Shown here: one piece after another, positions 59,605 through 64,000 of the stretch
Position numbering within the stretch: position 1 is the first letter of the stretch
Layout: every line of letters starts with the position of its first letter
Assembly: GCA_965261055.1 (NCBI GenBank)
Contig: OZ253440.1
Location: forward strand, 894,301 to 958,300
Source of the DNA: Fibrobacteria bacterium
GTDB lineage: Bacteria; Fibrobacterota; Fibrobacteria; UBA11236; JADFYW01
Reading direction: 5' to 3'
Length of the DNA stretch: 64,000 bases
Notes under the pieces: model-generated
What the model saw: only the letters and a program-made list of their open reading frames with translations
The model's database searches: none
Told to the model about the DNA's origin: nothing
Program-made: the position numbers and the translations under genes

Positions 59605-59629
59605 ACTAAGAAAAATCTTTTTTCTTAGT
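59605..59629. terminator. AT-rich inverted repeat, possible terminator or operator
   Basis: ACTAAGAAAAA-TCT-TTTTTCTTAGT, perfect 11-bp arms, between the lipoprotein stop and gcvP. Confidence 0.35.
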
Positions 59630-59652
59630 TCTAAAAAAGCTATTTTGGACTT

Positions 59653-62508
59653 ATGAGTTTTTCTTCTCGTCATATTGGTATACTATCTAACGACTTACCC
59701 TCCATGCTCAAAGAAATTTCTTCTTCTTCTTTGACAAACTTAATCCAACAAGCCTTACCTTCACAAATTAATCTTCAAAATCCTCTAAATCTTTCTGAAG
59801 CTTTAAGTGAATCCGAGTGTTTAGAAATAATTTCAAATATCTCTAAAAAAAATATCATTTATAGATCTTTTATTGGAAAAGGTTACTATGATTGCTTCGT
59901 GCCTACAGTCATTCAACGTAACATTTTGGAAAATCCAGGTTGGTATACTCAATACACACCCTATCAAGCAGAAATTTCACAAGGACGTTTAGAAGCTCTA
60001 CTTAATTTCCAAACAATGGTTATTGATTTAACTCAAATGGATATCGCTAATTCATCTTTACTAGATGAAGGAACAGCTGCCGCAGAGGCTATGTTTTTAG
60101 CTTGGAATATTTCACAAAAAAAGAAAAAACAAGCATCTACATTTTTAGTTTCTAAAAACTGTTATTCTCAAACAATAAATGTAATTCAAACACGATCCGA
60201 ACCCTTAAATATTGAAGTTTGTTTTTGGGACGAAAAAAAAACTCCCTTATCTGAACTCAATCATAACACCATTTTTGGATTGTTTCTACAATACCCTGAT
60301 CAACAAGGTCAAATATTAAATTATTCTAACCTCACTCAAACAGCAAAAGATAATGATATTATCGTTTGTGTTGCTGCCGATCTTTTAAGTCTAACAATTT
60401 TAAAACCTCCTGGAGAATGGGGTGCAGATATTGTCATTGGAACAACTCAAAGATTTGGTGCTCCGATGGGCTACGGAGGGCCTCATGCTGCCTATTTTGC
60501 AACAAAATCTGAATATAAACGTCTAATTCCAGGTCGTATCATTGGAGTATCAACGGATAAGTATAACAAACCTGCATTAAGAATGGCCTTACAAACTCGA
60601 GAACAACATATCCGTAGAGAAAAAGCAACTAGTAACATTTGCACTGCTCAAGTTTTATTAGCAATTATGAGTAGCTTTTATGCTTGTTATCATGGCCCTA
60701 AAGGTTTAAAAGCTATCGCTCAAAAAATTCAAAATTTAACAGTTTGTTTGCATAACCATCTTACCGAAAATGGTTTTAAACAAATAAACAAACACTTTTT
60801 TGATACGTTAACAATACATTTAGACTCAAAAGAACGATGTAACCAAATTCAAGAAAGAGCAATTCAAAAGGGCCTTAATTTTCACTATCCTAAAGATAAT
60901 CACTCTGTTTCTATTGCTTTTGATGAAACTAAAACTCAAAAAGACATTGAAGATATTATTACCATCTTTACAGGAAAAACTTTAAAAACCACTATTACCG
61001 ATAGCTTTATAATACCAGAAGACTTAAAAAGAAACAGTACCTTTTTAGAGCATCCCAATTTTAATAACTATCATAGCGAAACAGAAATGTTACGCTATAT
61101 TCATTATCTAGAAAAAAAAGACCTTTCTCTAAATCACTCTATGATTGCTCTAGGTTCTTGTACGATGAAACTTAATGGGACAACTGAAATGATTCCCGTA
61201 ACTTGGGATAATTGGAGCAAAATACATCCTTTCGCACCTTTGTCACAAGCACAAGGCTACCAACAAATATTCTTAGAGTTGGAAGAATCATTAAACGAGA
61301 TTACTGGACTAAAAGCAACCTCTTTACAACCTAACTCAGGAGCACAAGGAGAATATGCAGGTCTCTTAGTCATTCGTAAATATCATAAAAATCGCAATGA
61401 CTCTAAACGAAATATTGTTTTAATTCCTTCATCTGCTCATGGAACAAATCCAGCAAGTGCCAGCTTAAATGGTTTAAAAATCATTATTATTAAATGTGAT
61501 AATGAAGGTAACATTGACATTCAAGATCTAAAAGAGAAAAGCGAGCAACATCAAAAAAAGCTCTGTGCTTTTATGATAACTTATCCATCTACTCATGGTA
61601 TTTTTGAAGAAGAAATACAACAAATGTCTGATATCATCCATTCTAATGGTGGTCTTGTATACATGGATGGAGCAAATATGAATGCTCAAGTCGGTTTAAC
61701 AAATCCTGGTCGTATTGGCATCGATGTTTGTCATTTAAATTTACATAAAACATTCTGTATCCCTCATGGAGGAGGAGGTCCTGGGGTTGGGCCTATTTGT
61801 GTAAATGATAAGCTCATTAATTTTTTGCCAACTCACTCTTTCACACCAACTGGTGGTCAAGATGGAATTTCAGCTGTTTCCAGTGCTCCTTGGGGAAGTG
61901 CTAATATTCTTTTAATCTCTTGGGCTTATATCAAATTAATGGGAGAAAAGGGATTATCTCAAAGTACAAGAATTGCAATTTTGAATGCAAACTACTTAAT
62001 GTCTAAACTAGAAAAACACTATCCTATCCTATACACGAATAAAAATAACCGTGTTGCACATGAGTTTATTATTGATTTTCGTCCATTTAAAAATTCCGCT
62101 GGTATTGAAATAGAAGATGTTGCTAAAAGATTAATGGATTACGGTTTCCATGCCCCAACCGTTTCCTTCCCTATTGTGGGAACATTAATGATTGAGCCAA
62201 CCGAAAGTGAATCTAAAAAAGAACTCGACCGTTTTTGCGAAGCAATGATTTCTATCCGCAAAGAAATTAAACAAATTGAAGATGGAATTATTTCTAAAGA
62301 AGATAATCCTCTTAAAAATGCACCTCATACTCAAGAAGTTTTAATACAGGAAAACTGGCCACACTCTTACTCTAGAAAAGAAGCTGTTTTTCCAACATCT
62401 TGGTCTCTAAACAATAAATTTTGGCCTACTGTAGGACGCATTGATAGTGCCAAAGGCGATAAACAATTAATTTGCACCTGTCCCCCTATTGAAAATTGGC
62501 AAAATTAA
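59653..62508 (+). CDS. gcvP: Glycine dehydrogenase (P protein, single chain)
   Basis: YTPYQAEISQGRLE, REQHIRREKATSNICTAQ, LGSCTMKLN, HLNLHKTFCIPHGGGGPG. Confidence 0.97.
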   Translation: MSFSSRHIGILSNDLPSMLKEISSSSLTNLIQQALPSQINLQNPLNLSEALSESECLEIISNISKKNIIYRSFIGKGYYDCFVPTVIQRNILENPGWYTQYTPYQAEISQGRLEALLNFQTMVIDLTQMDIANSSLLDEGTAAAEAMFLAWNISQKKKKQASTFLVSKNCYSQTINVIQTRSEPLNIEVCFWDEKKTPLSELNHNTIFGLFLQYPDQQGQILNYSNLTQTAKDNDIIVCVAADLLSLTILKPPGEWGADIVIGTTQRFGAPMGYGGPHAAYFATKSEYKRLIPGRIIGVSTDKYNKPALRMALQTREQHIRREKATSNICTAQVLLAIMSSFYACYHGPKGLKAIAQKIQNLTVCLHNHLTENGFKQINKHFFDTLTIHLDSKERCNQIQERAIQKGLNFHYPKDNHSVSIAFDETKTQKDIEDIITIFTGKTLKTTITDSFIIPEDLKRNSTFLEHPNFNNYHSETEMLRYIHYLEKKDLSLNHSMIALGSCTMKLNGTTEMIPVTWDNWSKIHPFAPLSQAQGYQQIFLELEESLNEITGLKATSLQPNSGAQGEYAGLLVIRKYHKNRNDSKRNIVLIPSSAHGTNPASASLNGLKIIIIKCDNEGNIDIQDLKEKSEQHQKKLCAFMITYPSTHGIFEEEIQQMSDIIHSNGGLVYMDGANMNAQVGLTNPGRIGIDVCHLNLHKTFCIPHGGGGPGVGPICVNDKLINFLPTHSFTPTGGQDGISAVSSAPWGSANILLISWAYIKLMGEKGLSQSTRIAILNANYLMSKLEKHYPILYTNKNNRVAHEFIIDFRPFKNSAGIEIEDVAKRLMDYGFHAPTVSFPIVGTLMIEPTESESKKELDRFCEAMISIRKEIKQIEDGIISKEDNPLKNAPHTQEVLIQENWPHSYSRKEAVFPTSWSLNNKFWPTVGRIDSAKGDKQLICTCPPIENWQN

Positions 62509-62519
62509 CGTATACTTCT

Positions 62520-63839
62520 ATGCCTACAGATATAAAAAAAACATACTATTTAGCAACCTATGGTTGTCAGATGAATGTTTATGATTCAAATTTGATAGCA
62601 GAAATGCTAGAAAATAAAGGTCTCTCAGAATCATCTAAAATTGAAAATTCTGATGTCATTATCGTCAATACTTGTTCTATACGAGGTGGTGCTGAAGATA
62701 AAGCCTATGCCCGTATTAACAGTATGCGTTATCACAAAAAAAACAATCCTCATATCAAAATTGCAGTTGTAGGATGCATGGCTCAAAATCATGGAGAAAA
62801 AATTCCCGTAAAACTGGATCATGTTGATTTTGTAGTTGGTCCCGATAACTATCACGAACTGGAAGAAAAACTTTTTGGTAAATACAAAAGCACACAAATA
62901 TTAACCGATCAAGATGCATTTGAAAATTATACTGGCTTGATTGCCAAAATCAATTCAAAAGTTTCATCTCATGTTACCATTATGAGAGGCTGTAATAAAA
63001 AATGTGCTTACTGTATCGTTCCTTTTGTACGCGGAAAGGAACGCAGTCGAGATCCTTTAGATATTGAAAAAGAGGTGCGTCATATCGTATCCTCTGGAAT
63101 TCCTGAAGTTATTCTTTTAGGTCAAACTGTAAATTCTTACCGTGTTGTAGGTGAAAACTTTGCAGGACTATTACGTCGTCTCAGTAAAATTGAAGGTCTA
63201 CAACGACTTAAATTTACATCACCCCATCCTCGTCATTTTACTTCTGAAGTTATTGAGACAATGGCAACTCATTATAATATTTCGGCTCATTTACACATGC
63301 CTTTACAATCTGGATCTAACTCTATCTTAAAAAAAATGAAGCGTCAATATACACGAGAACGATTTATTGAAATTATTCAAGAAGTACGTCAATACATGCC
63401 TTATGCTGGTATTACAACTGATATCATTACTGGATTTGTAGGCGAAACCGAACAAGACTATCAAGATACTTTAGACTTAGTCAAAGAGATTAGATTTGAT
63501 TTTGCATATATGTTTTCCTACTCTCCTCGTGAAGGGACAGAAGCTTTCTCTGAAATAGAAACTCTTAGTCCTGAAGAAAAATCATACCGCTTATCCAAAC
63601 TCATTGAAATACAAAATCAAATCACTACAGAAAAATTAGATTCTATGGTTGGTAAAAAAGAAAAAATACTATTAGAAGGTCCTTCTTACAAAAACAATCT
63701 TGAATGGATTGGTAAGACTGATTGCTTTAAAAAAGTTATTGTACCTTTTGATACCTCTTTTTCTGCTGGCCAGATTGTTACCACTCAACTAGAAAAACGT
63801 AGTGGTTTTACTTTACTGGGATCAACAATTAATTTGTAG
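62520..63839 (+). CDS. miaB: tRNA-i6A37 methylthiotransferase
   Basis: TYGCQMN, NTCSIR, GCMAQ, radical SAM CNKKCAYC, TRAM domain; ATG at 62520. Confidence 0.95.
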   Translation: MPTDIKKTYYLATYGCQMNVYDSNLIAEMLENKGLSESSKIENSDVIIVNTCSIRGGAEDKAYARINSMRYHKKNNPHIKIAVVGCMAQNHGEKIPVKLDHVDFVVGPDNYHELEEKLFGKYKSTQILTDQDAFENYTGLIAKINSKVSSHVTIMRGCNKKCAYCIVPFVRGKERSRDPLDIEKEVRHIVSSGIPEVILLGQTVNSYRVVGENFAGLLRRLSKIEGLQRLKFTSPHPRHFTSEVIETMATHYNISAHLHMPLQSGSNSILKKMKRQYTRERFIEIIQEVRQYMPYAGITTDIITGFVGETEQDYQDTLDLVKEIRFDFAYMFSYSPREGTEAFSEIETLSPEEKSYRLSKLIEIQNQITTEKLDSMVGKKEKILLEGPSYKNNLEWIGKTDCFKKVIVPFDTSFSAGQIVTTQLEKRSGFTLLGSTINL

Positions 63840-63894
63840 CAACTTTTTTATTTTTTATTTATAATACATCAAACTCAATACAAAGGAAAATATA

Positions 63895-64000
63895 ATGCCT
63901 GGATCATATAACATTCAATTAGAAAAAGATAAAAATTACGCTTGGTGTTCTTGTGGACTCTCTTCAAAACTTCCTTTTTGTAATGGTGCTCATAACTCAA
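63895..64000 (+). CDS. CDGSH iron-sulfur domain protein, runs off the window end
   Basis: Manual translation MPGSYNIQLEKDKNYAWCSCGLSSKLPFCNGAHNS fits WCxCxxSxxxPFCxGxH. Confidence 0.8.
   Translation, partial: MPGSYNIQLEKDKNYAWCSCGLSSKLPFCNGAHNS

Noticed and set aside
59585..59652. Glycine riboswitch upstream of gcvP
   Set aside because: Spacer is only 68 bp, AT-rich, and lacks the aptamer motifs
874..62897. Other short ORFs nested in or antisense to assigned genes (e.g. 12277-12537, 23357-23617, 29763-30083, 32321-32650, 40482-40793, 52100-52405)
   Set aside because: They overlap better-supported genes almost entirely and show no recognisable motifs

Overview
AT-rich, gene-dense bacterial chromosome segment from a diderm organism, tentatively Fibrobacterota-like (inferred from gene content). 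Housekeeping genes: accA, pyrB, manA, ilvBN, hemL/hemD/hemB, murA, rpmG, gltX, lysA, asd, a DAHP synthase, gcvP, miaB, the RNase P RNA gene and a full tol-pal cluster. Accessory elements: a lipoprotein with 11 Big_2 (Ig-like) repeats beside a decayed IS1595 transposase, and a single-chain restriction-modification enzyme. The main candidate for a new system is a compact five-gene operon at 40190-45276 (minus strand). It encodes a FliF-FliG-like fusion rotor (ring motif, TM helix, FliF-C/FliG-N junction, FliG-M and FliG-C), an outer-membrane CsgG-like/beta-barrel protein, a TPR lipoprotein, and canonical MotA and MotB stators. No other flagellar gene occurs in the window, so this may be a flagellum-independent rotary motor. 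It is transcribed divergently from a 14-kb run containing a sigma54 activator and two further ExbBD/TonB modules. All family assignments come from reading motifs by eye; no searches were run.
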